Source: Takakia lepidozioides
Taxonomy: Eukaryota > Plantae > Bryophyta
Length of the DNA: 64,000 bases
NCBI GenBank assembly: GCA_030704615.1
Contig: CM060734.1
Location: forward strand, 61,504,001 to 61,568,000
Direction: 5' to 3'
In this document: piece after piece, positions 12,901 to 26,724 of the stretch
Layout of the letters: each line of letters begins with the position of its first letter
Numbering within the stretch: position 1 is the first letter of the stretch
Position numbers and translations under genes: made by a program
The notes under the pieces: model-generated
The model's input: only the letters and a program-made list of their open reading frames with translations
Told to the model about the DNA's origin: nothing
Databases searched by the model: none

Positions 12901-15500
12901 GGTCTGCTTGACAGCGACGTCATCGGTATGCTGCACGGTCTGGTGCACGGTCTGGTGCAGAGGCAGTCCTTCAGTCTACTCGCCGGTCTGCTCATGAGTC
13001 TCCTCGTCCTCGGTGTGGCCTGTAGTGCGCCCACTCTCCTGAACAGTGGCTGGGATAGTGTTGACAGTCTGTCCATCCTCTTTTTGTTGCAGTGGGTCAG
13101 TCTGCTGAGCAATGGCGTCATCAGCAATCTACTGAACGGTGTCATAGAGTCCTTGTAATGCCAGCACAACATCTCGTGCACCTCTGGCAAGGGAATCGAA
13201 AGCACACTGCACGTGCTCGTCTAAATCGGACATTCCTGAAACAGATGAGTTGGACAAAGTGAGTCTGACAGGATGGTGGAAGAAAAGACCATGAACTTCA
13301 CAACGGTCCAGAAGAAGTCGACATTACCTTCTAGGAGGTTGCCAATGAGACCAATATCTTGGATTTGGCGTCCCAAGCATGCTCCATCGAGATGGCAAAT
13401 CGCTGGCATGCGGTTTTCAAATGGGGAGCCGCACCATAGGACTTTGAACACATCCGGTCTGTTCAACACAATATCGAACACTGCTCGCTCCATTACCGCA
13501 GCAAACCATTGCAACGCCTCATCCACAACACTCTTCTTACCCGCATCCGAATCTGAATGAAACAAATACTTCCTCAAACTTTGCAGGTCCTTTACCAATT
13601 TACTGTATGAACGGAAATTGCCAAACTGCATCCATCGATGGTGAAGGAAAGAATTAGCAATGCGATCAAAGTACTCTTCAGTAATTCCAAGCAAGTGCTT
13701 TCCCCGCACCCCAAAGGTGGGATGTGCCATGGGCATATGTCTGAGTTCTTGAGGCCATGGGTCATCCATGAGGATTAATTGGACAAGCAGTGGCGGGGCA
13801 TTTTGGACCTTCGTGGCTGCCAGGGCCACAGAATGTGCGCTTTCGAGGACTTCATTCGCTTCTGCCATAGTAAATTCCATGGAATAATGAAAGGGAACAA
13901 AAGGCCACTGGCCGTCCATGACAATGCGATGGAGCTCATTATACCAATCCACATTGGCATTGACTTCCCCCACCCTCAGACGGGCAAGTGTCAGGTCCAC
14001 AGCTTCGGGATCAATGAGCGGCAATGGCGAGCATCAAACTCCAAAAAGTCCCGTGGTGGTCGTGACAATGAGAGTCTGATGGCTGGGAGTCCGCTGGACA
14101 GTAGTGTGGTGGATGGGCGTCTTCTGGGTGGCAGTCTGCTGGTTGGGAGTCTCCTGAATAGCAGTCTGCGGGCTGGGAGTCTGCAAAGCAGTCTGCTGGA
14201 TAGGAGTATGTTGGACGAGAGTCTGGTACATGGGAGTGTGCTGGACAAGACTGCGCTGACTGTGAGTCTGGTGGGAAAGAGTCTGTTGGGCAAGAGTCTG
14301 CTGGATGCCAGATTGGGTGAGGTCTGTGTCCACCGAGTCTGCAGTGAGTATGGTGTTGACCGAGGAGTTGGCGAGTGCTTTGTCTGCAGAGTCCAGTGCT
14401 GCTATGGCGTCTGCTGAGCCAAGGTACTTAAACAAGATGTAGTCCCGCACCCGCTCCACTTCCCGGCGCACTGCATTCACTGCTAAAGGAGGGTCGGAGC
14501 TCACCGTCCGCCAAGCACACAAGGCCTCACAAATACTGGCTCGTTCATCCTGGTATATGACAGAAAACCCAAAAACTCAGCATCGGACTCACTAGCAGCA
14601 GACTCACGAGCAGACTCACTAGCATCGTGGCACAGAACAAAGGAACCAGCGGACTCCAGGGACTGACGAGCAAGTCCACAAGCAGGGGACTGACCAGCAA
14701 GTCCACAAGCATGGGACTGACCAGCAAGTCCATAAGCAGACTGACGCAGCAGACCAAACATGTAGACTGAACTAGCAGACTCTATGACAACAGACACCAA
14801 CTATGGGGACAGACTGGGCATTACCTCGTCGTCGTCGTCGACACAGACATCCTCCTCATCTTCAAGGGAGCTCAACCAATTTTCCTCCGCTGCTCAAATG
14901 GTTCTGCTGAGCTGTCCGGACTGGGCGAAACTGTAGAAAAAACGAAAGAAGTCTCGATCGTCCACTGGTGGGCACACCGATGGGAGAAGCCCAAATGGTA
15001 TGAGGCGCAATGTGCCTGGATAGACTCCACTAGTAGTCTCTTTCGACTGGACTTCATCCACGTGAACCCTCGACTGGTCAGGCAAGACAAGGTCGACGGG
15101 AGATGAGACACCTCCCAGACCTGCGAATTCATCATTCCGAATGATGTCTACAGACGGCTCAGCAGACTGGCTCTCACTCGAAGTACTGATGGTCTGCGTT
15201 TGCTGTGTAGACCGTCTCCCTGGCACAGCCCGTGACACTTCCCGACTGCCTTGGGGACGAGTCTGCTGTTGCGATTTCGCCCTCGCCTCCCGAGCAGACC
15301 TTGCATGTCGCGGCCCTTTGCCTTGAGGGCAGGGGGTCGGGACACATGAGGGGCTGCCCCTGTGGTGGGGGCAGCGGCAGCGATAGGTATGGGGGGGCTG
15401 GAGCACCCTTGAGTGCCCAAGACACTCAAGGAGGCGGAGGCGCTCACTAGGTGGAGCCCCGCACACCGGGTTGCGGTGGGGGGTGGCTCCACAAGGGGTG
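9957..15500 (-). CDS. Multi-exon MULE cargo gene with C-terminal Ulp1/C48 (SUMO-type) cysteine protease and Q/T-rich low-complexity linkers; 5' extent and intactness uncertain
   Basis: Spliced C-terminus ...HHIIIPIVE|AHWSVVVIDVRKGCYTHMNSIESLH...VPQQPFSWECGFYVMSFI (exons ~10771-11184 and 9957-10380) is the Ulp1 His/Cys motif set. Upstream minus-strand ORFs at 11299-11748, 12022-12639, 13221-14024, 14034-14522 and 14894-15466 are probable further exons or a second gene. Confidence 0.7.
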
Positions 15501-16010
15501 TGGTAGCTTAGCGGGACTTAGTGGGGGTGGCATAGGACTCACCATGGGGTGGAGACCTCGAGGTGGGAGTCGTGGGGAGTCTTGGGACTCATCACGGTCC
15601 ATTGGGGCCGCGGTGAGTGGGCCAAGACTCACCGCGACTCACCACCGGGAATCGAGGGTCTTTGTGGTGGTTCGCCATAAAATGGCATGGCTGGTTGTGA
15701 AACCCCCGCGGACAGCTACAAAAGTATATATAGGGAGTAGTAACCCCGAGAACGGTGCAAGCCCGTTGGTGACCAAAAACTAGTGAGTAAGCGAGCGAGC
15801 CGGAAAACGACCAAAGAGTGGGGAGCTGTTCCGGACTGCCAACTACCAAAGGGAATTCCCGCTGGTTCCAAATAGGTGGAGGGTTCTTTGGGAGAACAAA
15901 GGGGGACCATTATGCCCCGGTGAGCAGCCGAAGCTCCAAGTTGGCCCGACGGCCAGGTTGGGAGTCAGGCGCGCGCATCAAAGCGAGTAACTATGACTTG
16001 AGGGGGGAGC

Positions 16011-16561
16011 TTACCAAAGTGAGGTGCGCGACATTGCAGCCTTTTCACTTTCCTTCTTCTGGGCCCCATCACTAAGTTTCCTTTTTCTGGGAGCCACAGG
16101 TGATGGCGATGTCAGGTCATGCACATCTTGCATTGAAACATTCGAACCCACCCCATACCGTGCGCGCACCTCCACCAAAGTGCGGGCCTTTGGGTTTGCA
16201 CCACGGAGTCTGGCGGTGGCCGTATTCACCACCCTCATTGAACTTTGAACTGGCCACGGCTTGAAGCCAGGTGGGATATAACGCTTGTTTTTGCAACCCG
16301 TGTCAACACAATGGCGGTTTAGCTGTGCACTTTGTCCTTGATAATTTCACTACAGAAGGGACAGTGGAGCTTATCTTTCTGCCAGTTGGAGTCTGCAGGC
16401 TTGATTGCGCGGAGATCTAAGAATGCTTCGACTATTTTCGCATCATACTCCTCAGGTGAGTACCAGTACCTTCGCTCCTTTAGCCTGGACTTGTGCATGA
16501 AATGCAACCAGTCTGCTCCACCCTTTGCACAAGCATCCTCCATGGCTGCAGAATCAGACAA
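16011..16561 (-). pseudogene. Small MULE accessory ORF with C2HC-type zinc finger and basic NLS (one frameshift)
   Basis: ORFs 16319-16561 and 16011-16238 join by a frameshift to give LHCPFCSEIIKDK/AQLNRHCVDTGCKNK...SPVAPRKRKLS. Confidence 0.5.
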
Positions 16562-18510
16562 GAGCTACAGTGGCAATGAGCGACAGACAGACTAAGAATA
16601 AGAAAGCAGAGAAGAGCAGAAAAGAGAATGGAAAAAAACCAAAGCACAAAGCACAAAGAGGAAAGCTCACCGGGCAACAGACGACGGTTGTTGCGACGAT
16701 TCGGTGCTCACGCGACTGTCCGCGCCTCGAAAACCTAACACACACAAAGGACCAATGGGAGGTGGACGGTGTGAAAGAAGTATAGCGGGAAGTGGACCCT
16801 GCATGTGCGGAGTGACGTGGCGAGATTTCACTGGCGCCCTTTTTTTGCCACCATCGCATTAAATAGTTGCAGACCCCTCACACGTGCTGGCGGTATGCCA
16901 CTGCACGGACAGTCCAGCAGGCGGGAGGAGTGGGACAATCGTCAGTCTGTCGTCGTCGCATTCATCAAGTCCAGCAGACTTACTCTTGATGACAAAGACG
17001 GCCGAGCAGACCCAGTACCCTCCTCAACATATTCATATGCCACTGCAAGGACAGACTGACGACTGAGGTTAAGCGGACTGACGAAGAGACTAAGGCGAGT
17101 ACGGAGTCTGGTGCGGAGTCTGATGACGTGCCGCGACGTGACTGGGCCTCCTTACCGCCATCGCTGCGTTTATTGCGTCCAGCAGACTTAAACCTAATGA
17201 CATAACGGCCGAACAGACCCACTGCAAACAAACTTGTGCAACAACATACTCGTATGCCGCTGCACGGACAGTCCAGCAGACAGAAGGTTCAACAGATTGA
17301 CGAAGAGATTGGCGCAGAGTAATTTGCGCGACAACAAACTGATTTCTAACAGACTAATATCCCAAAAGACAAAGTATCCCCTAGGCGGCCGGGTGATACG
17401 GGAGTAAACCGTAAACCGCGTCCAGCAGACTTACAGTGATAATAATCACGGCTCAACAGACCCAGCGCAAATAGACTTGCGCCACAGTAGACTGACTTTG
17501 TGACAGTCCAGCTGATTGATATCAGAAGAGACGGACAGACCAGCAGTCCGACGGCTCAGCAGACTCACGACAATGCGGATAATTAAAAGGTAGTAGTTAA
17601 ACGGACTCATATCCGAAGAGACGGACTTCCAGCTGACCAACGGTTCAACAGACTGACGAGAGAAGAGACTTCGGGGATAAGACGAGAGAATACACTTCGG
17701 AATTCGGCAGGCAGTGACGGCCCAGTAGTCCAATAAAGAACAGACTCATGCCACACCAGACTTGTATCCTTACAGACCAACAGTCCAGCAGACCAGACTG
17801 ATATCCCATCAGAACCACGCTTGGCGTCGCCATCATGTCGTGGTTGCATTTCATCCCTCCAGCAGACTTGCATATGCCCATAATCATGGCACAACACACT
17901 GCTAAGAGAAAGTACTGACAAAGACGCAGTCGAAGAGCCTGTTGATCCACGCGCATTTGAAGTCGTAAGGACCTCGAACATCCACAAGCAACGTGAATCC
18001 ACGTCTCTCAGGCTACGTCTCCTTTCCCATTGTCCAGTTTTCAAGGAGACAGTAATGGTTGAGATGTGATGTTTCAGGAGGTGCATCTGGATGTTTGAGG
18101 ACCTTCGGAGTGGATATTGTTCCGTTCACACTCTCCGCACTTCCCAGACATGTGGTGGCAGAGACGTCCTCCCCTGAACAGTCTCATCGGTGGACATAAA
18201 TTCTGCAATGTATACACGCCCCCCACGTGCATATGCTTCCGCGATTTCCGCTATCGTGTTACCAATGGTTTCCTGCTCCATACGAAGGAGCTCGGACTCG
18301 GAGACACACCACAAACCGTAAACGCATGCAATTTCTCCACATATCGTCCTAAAAAATAAGCACGTCAGCACAAAACGAAGGCGAAAATAGTGGAAGCATA
18401 TGCACGAAAGTCACCTCCACAACATTGGACAACAAAGAGCCGCAAGAACAAGACAACAAGAACGAGTGGGCGAGTTCGTGGAAGGGTGTTACGATCTTCC
18501 ATGCCCTAAA

Positions 18511-18906
18511 CATGGATGGCGCGGATGGGTTTCTCAGAATAGACGATCCAGATCCTTCGGCCGGCGCGGACTGGCAGACTGGGGGCAGCAGACGGGCACA
18601 ACGGACTGTTGGGTGGACTTGCGCGGACTGGCACAGTGGACTGGCGTGCACAGCGGACTGGCCGGCAGGTTGGCGGTTTGGCGGGCAGCGGACTGGCGGG
18701 CGGACAGGCCGCGCCGGACTGGGAGTGCGGCGAAGCGCGGGCGGGGCTGCCGTGGGCGCGGCTGGTGGGGCCGCGGCAGCAGGTGGGCGACCGCGCGCAG
18801 CGGCGGGCGGGGGGTCCGGGTGGGGGGAGCCGGGCGTCCGTGCGCAAGGCCCACCGGTCAGCTCGCTTCTACGCCATAACGTCCCAATTATTGTAAAATG
18901 AGAGGC
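18511..18906 (-). repeat. Right TIR of the MULE
   Basis: Inverted copy of 4759-5187. Confidence 0.9.
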
Positions 18907-20300
18907 GTGTGCCTTATGGTGTAATCCGGGGTTTTGATTTTTTTCCCTAAATAATTATTAATAATATTCATCAAGGCCACTGTCTCCTTTTCTGGAATAT
19001 CCTTCAATATATCCTTCATTTATTCAGCGGGTATAAAAAGGGTAAATCATTTATCCTTACCCGGTAGGATAAATAAATGGACATATAAATAATTTACCTC
19101 TACCCGGAAAATAAGTAACCCTCTGATTTCTAATCATTTTACCCTTACCCAGAGGATAAGCAAAAATCTATTTATCCACACATCACTGGTACTAACTACT
19201 AATCAGTGTTGTACCGGTATGTGCTAGTGGGGCGGGGTATGTGTTGGAGTACTCACCATCTGTAAGCTTTTAGAGACATTGCGGTGAGCACACTCCATCT
19301 CTTTCTACACTTGCTTCATTGTCTCTGTCTTCTCACCAATTCTTGCCCAAGTAAAAAATAAAGTGTCTTTAACGTCCAGTGAATTTACAGAGCCTACTGC
19401 TCAACACACAGCCCATCGAGGGCCCAATGGACGGTCTAAAAGGCACATGTTGAAGGATTGAACCCAGGATCACCTAGGTTATCACCTATATAAAGTATGA
19501 CGCCTCCCCAAGGAAGCTTAACTGATGGTGTCTCTCTTCACCCGAAGGGCCACAGCCTTCCAGCAGGAAGGTGGACACTTTTGTGACACCAATCGGTGGA
19601 TTGAACCCACAACCACTTCCGAGGTGGTATGTGCCCATTACTACAACTTGGTTGTCAATTCTTGTCAAAAAAAAAAATCTTGTCACAGATACCTGCGCAA
19701 CTATCTGCAAGTCATCTTTAGTTAGAGATGTAGACTGGGAGTGTGCAGCAGCTTGGTGTCGAAATTTGACTAAGTATAACTCAGAGTACAAAGGAAAAGT
19801 TACAGCTGATGAGAAGGTATGGCTAAGACGTCTTTACCTGGCAGACACGCTAGTGTAGTGAGGTCCTCAAGGAATACATAACTATACAAGTATTGTATGG
19901 GTATGTGCGTATAGCATTCTCACAGTAGGGTGTATTGGTAAGTTACTAGGTAGTAGATGCAAGGCCTTCTCTTTGATGGCCGATTGTCCTTTTGCTCTGC
20001 TTTTGAAATCAGCAACGCAGCGCTGCAACACCACACTGCTTTGAATTCTGCTGGGCTGTTGTTGGCATTTGCAGCAACCAAGAGCTGTGCAAGCAATTGC
20101 TTCAGGTGTTCTCGCCGGGAAACAGAAGATAGGTAGGGCGACAGGGTAGTGAGATTATGTGAGGCACAAGTATTTCTTCCTCTCCACTTTTGAAGAGATT
20201 TGTTGGAAGCTTGTTGGATTGGTACTAGATTGGGAGTATGTCAATGCAGGGGCGTGCGGATGCTTGGATAAGGTAGACTTGGAAGGTGGGACCGGACACC

Positions 20301-23300
20301 ATGGCTGAGAAAGGCAGCGGGAAGCTGCTCTCAGTGTCCGATTGGGAGCAGTTGCTGCAGGATTTTCGGACATCTCATGAATTGCAGGAGAGGTGGCTGA
20401 AGACATGGCCAGGCCTCACCGTTGTCGACCAGGCCCTCCACACCATCACCAAGAGGGAGTTCCCTCTCAAACCACAGCTGTTCAACTTCCTGGAAGAGAA
20501 TGCGGAGTTGTTGATTGGGGATGACACCGTGGCAGGGGTGGGCACTGTGGTAGAATCGATGCGCAATGTTTTGCAAGCCTTTATTGATGGCGTTGTTGTC
20601 ACAAACACGTTGAAGGAGCAGATGCTGGTGATGACGACAACAATTGCCATCACGGTGGATGCCCTGCACACGGCCACCTCTCACTTCGAGACCCTTGTTG
20701 AGATTCTACTGGGATTCATCAGTCGAACAAATCATGCATCAGATAGACATGTGCGGGCGAGTGCTTGCGAGTGTCTACGGGAGCTTGAAATGGCCCACCC
20801 TTGCTTATTACACGTCTGTGTGGGGCACGTATTTTCTCTGTGCCAGAGTGAGAGGACCCATGCGGGTCAGAGTTACACCCTCTTGCTTACTGCAATATTG
20901 CATAACATGGCCTGCCACATGTATACGATTAAGTCTAGATCAGCAGGCGCCCAACCCTTTCTCTCCATCACAGTTCCTCTGGTGCCCTTTTCGGTTCCTG
21001 CATTTCTGACGGCGTCCATTTCCGGGCAGGAAGCACTGTCGGTGCCTGCAAGGGAGCTCACCGAAGGTTCTCTCTCTCCCCCTCTCTCACATGTAGGGTT
21101 TTGGTAGTCCATTTGAAAGGTCCCCTTCCCAGTCTCCGCAGTCAATGTAGTGATGTTTTCTTAGGTTGTTCTTCCAACTATTAGAATGGGCAATGAACTT
21201 GTGACGGAGATCCAACAGAGAGGGAAGGACAACCTGGAGGTAGGCTGAACCCAGAAAATTGATCGTAGAACGGTCCCACTTTGACCCAATGCTGGTCTCT
21301 GGAACCTGGGCAATGCAGCTTCTGTGGAGAATATTATCGCTCTGGGTGAGCCTGGGAGACAAAAATGCTGAGATTCGATGGCCGGCTGCTGTACTGCAGT
21401 ATGAAGACCTACTTGTTCCATGTAGACTTCAGGTGTGCGTTTGAGCTCCACCTGTTGAGTCCTTCAACAGACTAAAGACCTTACCTTTTGCAACAGGATG
21501 TGACATTGAAGACAAATTCAATACCTTTTGATGAATCATTTGAGTGATTTTCCAAGACAAGAATTTTGCAAGAACTTTGAGTTAAGCAGGTGCTTTCATT
21601 TATGACATAAGTAGCAGTTGGCAAGCAAAGGTATGATTGCCTTTGGGGAACTTGTTAACTTATTTGGATTGAAGGAAGACTTTGAGTTTGATGGATAATC
21701 ATGGCAGGCAGCTTGAAGGAGTTCCGCCGTGCAGTTGCATTTCTTCTAGAGCGACCTCAACTTTTGACCGAATTTGGGATGCTGGAGTTCGTAGCCAAAC
21801 TCATCAACATCGCCCGTGCCCTGGACCTACATGGCTCTTTACTGAAGCACCAGTTTTCCAGTTTCTTGTACAGCTACAGTGCAATTTTATGTCATGTGGT
21901 ACTTTTAATCTACTCTCAGTTCATGGAAGCATTCAAGGGAGACGAAGGGGCCATCTTGAAACGGTTGGTGTGTCTCTGCAGGGAGAGCCTGCAGCCTCTT
22001 CCTGTCCGGTTACTAGGTATTCACTGGTTGCTTGGTGTAGAAAGCCTTCATGCTCGGAAAGATGGACGCTCCATCATTGCTCCCCTAGCACCAGGTCTCT
22101 ATCCACTGGTCTTTGATCCTCTTTCCCTCAAAGCTGCAAAGCTCAGGGCCCTTGCTGAATGTGCAGCATCGTTGAGTGCATGCTCATCACCCCCACCCTT
22201 GCCATCAGCACCTAAGGGGAGTGGGGCAGGCCTCCATCAGGTGTTGGCTATGGAAGAGCCACCAACAGATCCTGCAAGCAGGTTGCTGAATGAAGGACTA
22301 CTTTGTGTTTCAGCCTTCACTTGGCTCCCCTCCTCCAGCACAGAGACCCGTCTTACTTTCCATTCCTTCCACAAGTTTCTTACGGTTGCAGTGCCTCATG
22401 GCACCCAGGGGAGCTCTCTGTCCGATATGCCACTGTTTATTCATTCTCAGCTTTTTAAGACTCTGCAGAATATTCTTGTTGTAATGGCTTTAAGATTGCG
22501 TGATTCAGTCCCCAGTATTCTTGCCCTGCTAGACAGACTGATGGGGTGCAACACGCATCAGGCGTTGGGCAAGCACCTCCTCAGGACTTTCAACAAGGAT
22601 TTACTTTCCCAGTTGAAGCCAAACTGGTATTTGCCAGCATATTTCTCTCTTATAGAGCGAATTGCAGAGAATGCCGACATACCTCCTGGCAGTCTACTGG
22701 AGCTTCTTACGGTCTACATAAGGAAGAGAGTGGAAGAGCACAACGGAGATGCAGACTGGAAACTATGGCTGCAGGGAAACCATGTAAGAACAGCGCATTT
22801 GCTTCTGCCTATCTAAATGCATTTGCTAGCCACACGTTTGCATTCTAACTCGGACACACGCACGTCGGAGTTCCAAACCTTGAAGAGTTTCCAACAATGT
22901 GATCACTCGTCTGGCTTGAGGTGTAAGTCACAGCGTAAATGACTTGCTTCTTGGTGTATGTAGTGCTCTAGCGAATTGGAGAAAATGTCACTACTGATTC
23001 ACTGTATCCTGAAATGGTTTGTAGGTGCTGGGTATATGCCGAACAGTGCTCATGAACCACAAGAGCTCGCGGGGATTTCAGGGGCTGACGCAGTTGCTCA
23101 CCTTCCTTTGTCGATTCTTCCCTGACATTGAAGTGCGAGACACTGCCAGGTGGGTTGTAGTGTTCCTCCTTTGCAAATCATATGAGCACTTGAGTGTAAG
23201 TTAGAGTGAGAGTGGGAATATTGCTTTGATTGATATTCTTTTGTTGATTGGAGCAAAGGTTGCAATTGAACAGTTTGATTAACAAAGGACATTTTTACAA

Positions 23301-26154
23301 CCTGCTTCTCATAGAGAGCTTCGTCCTCCCCCTAAAACTTGAACTCACCATGGCTGAAGATGTTCAGTAGTGGTCTAAACCCACTGCTTAAGATCAAAGG
23401 AACCAAATGCACAGGAAGGCATGATCCTTTTTTGGTACTTCTCTGCTACGTTGCCTTTCTTGGGTCAAGATTGGCCTTGTGTTGGTATAAAAGATCATGT
23501 GATTTGTAGTGCTAATTGTACTGAGGAAGGCAGCTGTATGTGGGGAGCAGACTTTACCTACGGTTGCTGATCAGTGTTCCGGGCAACCGCCTGCGTGACA
23601 TTCTGAGCTATGGTGACGAGCGCATAGAAGAGGCGAAAGTCCCTAAGTCTTCGCAAGTCTCATCTCTTTTACGCTCGCCGTCCCCACCTACTTCCCAGGC
23701 CCCCAAGCAATCCTTGCCGGTTAGTTTTCTTTGTATGACCGAAATCTTGTCATTTGAAAGTGGGATAGGCTGTTGGTTGGTGCTTACTGCTTGAGCATGC
23801 TTGGGGCTTTGTTGCCACATATACCTATTAAAAATGCTGTTGATGCCACAAAGGTCTGTCTGTGCAATTAACTTGATTGAAATTGAGTGCTAGGGGCATG
23901 ATGGCACTTGAATCAGGCCTTGGAAGAGTGTGATGTCACTAATTCATTAGGAACCCGGGAATGGCTGGTTTGCATATGACATAGAAGGAGCTTGTGAAGT
24001 TGTCCGCATTCTCTGACACCGTTATAACAACACAACTTGGAAGAGTGAGACCTTGACTGAGCTGTTTGGGAAGTCACTAACTCAATAGAAACTGAGAAAT
24101 GGCTGGTTTGCATTTGACATAAAAGGAGATTGTGAAGTTGTCTGCATGCTCTGAAACCGCTAAGACATATACATAAGAGACAGTTTCTGAGGCCTGTAGA
24201 ATAGTCCTGTCTATCCCTTCAGGTGTTGACATTGCTAGTGCCAGCATCACTGTGGTGTGCTGATGTTTTCATTTGGAGCCAGACTGTTGCCTGTAGTCTT
24301 TTGGGTGGCCTGCTGCAAGCCCCAGTACCACAAGTTGGTGCCACCAGGCTTGGATGTTGGTCTGGAGTTCTGATGCTTACCATGTACCTAGTCCTATGTC
24401 TGCTCAGCTGAATCATATCCAGCAGGCAGGAGGGACCCAGTTAGCAGGTCATCAATCCTTTGGTATTTTGAGAATCTTCTGTGATATCCATACGTTGAAA
24501 TTAGCAACTGCTGTTTTTATGTGAGCAGCTGCAGGTTGGTGCATACATTCGACTGACAAGAGAGAATCGCTTGTTGGTCCGACTATCTTGGTCCTTGGTA
24601 CTCTATAACACATTCCGCACAGGTGTGGATGGGGGCTATAAGGATGTATCCTTAGGGAGTAAATTTTCAGAAGTTGTTGTGGAGGAGTTAAGTGACCAAA
24701 CAAAGGAGGTCAGTGGACAAGAAAATGGGGGGAAGACAGGGACACTTGTAGTGAAAATGGCAATGCCTGGTGATGTGGATAAGCCAGAGACGAGGGTGGA
24801 TCCAATACCACGAGTGATGGATGCCAAGACCTCAGAAGTTTTGGAAATACTACGGAGACATTTTGAGCAAATCCCTGATTTTCGGTGTAATTCTGGTGTG
24901 AAAATAAATGTACCATGCAATCTGAGGTTTCAAGGGGAGACCAGGCAGCGCATGCAGGGAGAAACAGAGACAAGTTCAGATTCACCACAATCGACAGGGT
25001 CTTTTTACAGTGTTCCGGATTCCTGGCCGGCTATATATGCTGTCGTCATTTCATTTATCACAACTGGGTTGTATGGCCCAATCCCATCGGTCCATGTGCC
25101 CTTTCTTCTTAGTGAACCCCCTCAGCGTAAGGCCTGGCAGAGGCCTGCTACTGACAGCCCTACTTCGACCATCAGAGAAGAATTTGTAAGGACAAGGAGA
25201 GCGGACCATCAGAGCACAGCCAGGAAAGGGAAGGCCAAACAGTCACCTGAAACTTCCCCCAGACACTCTGATGATGGTAGAGACAGCCAAGCCCTGGTCA
25301 GAGACTCATTGGGAAAGGATGGAGACCTGTTTAACAAAACGGTTGTAGTTGAGCTCGAGCCGAAACAACCGGTACCTACACTGGTAGATGCACGAATTGT
25401 GTTCAGTGATGAGGAGGGACAGAGTGTGCAAGGTCAGTTGGACTCTATTCCTGTGGGGATTGAGGATTTATTTGTGAAACCACCATTTCCTGACGGTCTA
25501 CCCCCCCAGGCAGAAGCTGAGTACTACTACTCTCTCTTCAATGCACTCTGGGAGGCATGCAGTGGGCCTGGCCGCCTGGGCACTGAGACTTTCTCTCTCA
25601 AGGGTGGAAGCCAGGTTGGAGTTCACATTGAGGGCTCTGAGTCAGTGAAATTGCTGGAAGGCCAGGCAGATCGAGTGGTGGGGGCTGTTGAACAGTGGCT
25701 AGCCTCTTTTGTTGTTGCAGTGAGTGGAGGCCCCTTAGTGTCAATGGCTCGGGACGGTGGAATGCTGGAGCATGTAGTCTGGCAGGATGATGATTTCTCA
25801 TTTGCTCCAAGCGGAGGGACATCCATTAAGGTCCGTGGTTGGGGCAGCGGTTCGAATGTGACAGAGGCTGGGCCCCACAGACGAAGTGGCAGTGGAGATG
25901 AAGGCTCCTTGCGACGACTAGAGTATCCAAGAGATGGGGGTGAAGCAGGAGGATCTGGAACCTTGGGGTTAGAGGAGGGGAGTAAGGGTGGCCTAGGGCG
26001 TTTTTTTGTTCTCATATTCTTACCCCCTCGATACCACTTGCTGCTCATAATGGAGGTCTCCGATTGGTCAACACTTGTGCGCATTCGGACTGACCATTGG
26101 CCATGCCTGGCACATGTAGATGAGTTTCTAGAAGCACTTGTCATGTCAAGATAG
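20301..26154 (+). CDS. AP5B1: AP-5 complex subunit beta-1; exons 20301-21066, 21708-22783, 23025-23149, 23551-23719, 24535-26154
   Basis: N-terminus LSVSDWEQLLQDF...KREFPLK.QLFNFLEE, internal ACECLRELE and PDIEVRDTARLYLRLL, C-terminus FLPPRYHLLLIMEVSDWSTLVRIRTDHWPCLAHVDEFLEAL are typical of plant AP5B1. All junctions are GT-AG and in phase. Confidence 0.92.
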
Positions 26155-26724
26155 CATAAAGTTTCTCTGCTGTAGGAGAGGCATATATCTCTCTCTTTCC
26201 CTCCATTTTTCTTTTACCATCAGGTACCTTGGGGAAGTTCTTTTGTCTACAAAGCAGGAACTTAGTAATGTAGTGGCAATATATGTAGCAAAGAAGCTAC
26301 AGAGCTCCCCAACTTTCATTATGGCATCCTTGGAAACTAAGTGCAGTAGTTGGTGAGAACCCAGAGACACCTTAGATTTGGAGTCCTGCAGCATGATTTC
26401 CATTCTCTAGTGTGTGGGTGTGAAGGTCAGCAGAGTGAAGGTGGCAAGCACACAAGTTCATCACACCTGCACGGCTGAAAGAAGCAAAACAACAGAGAAA
26501 CAAAGCAAGAGAATGACTAGGCCTGTGCTTCATATTATGAACCTTGTAACACCATGAGAAAGTTTGGTCTAGAAGGAAGGAACTGACACACATTCACTGT
26601 CGAGACAACTTGCAAATGAGTTGTGTCAATCTGCAATACCAAAAGATGGAGAGAAGGACGTATGATTCACTCTCTTGCAATCGGTGACAATCCATGTACT
26701 TTGTGTAACACCCTTGATCTTTCT

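Larger units (their letters stand above)
4759..18906 (+). mobile_element. Complete Mutator-like element (MULE), ~14.1 kb, carrying transposase, Ulp1 protease gene and accessory ORFs
   Basis: Terminal inverted repeats start GCCTCTCATTTTACAATAATTGGGAC (4759) and end GTCCCAATTATTGTAAAATGAGAGGC (18906). Perfect 9-bp TSD GTGTGCCTT at 4750-4758 and 18907-18915. Internal MULE/SWIM transposase. Confidence 0.95.

Noticed and set aside
11907-13205. Plus-strand L/S/V-rich ORFs resembling membrane proteins
   Set aside because: Antisense shadows of the CAGACT-based Q/T-rich repeats.
17607-18371. Possible fourth MULE gene on the minus strand
   Set aside because: Fragmented frames with no convincing domain. 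It may be a decayed ORF but cannot be supported.
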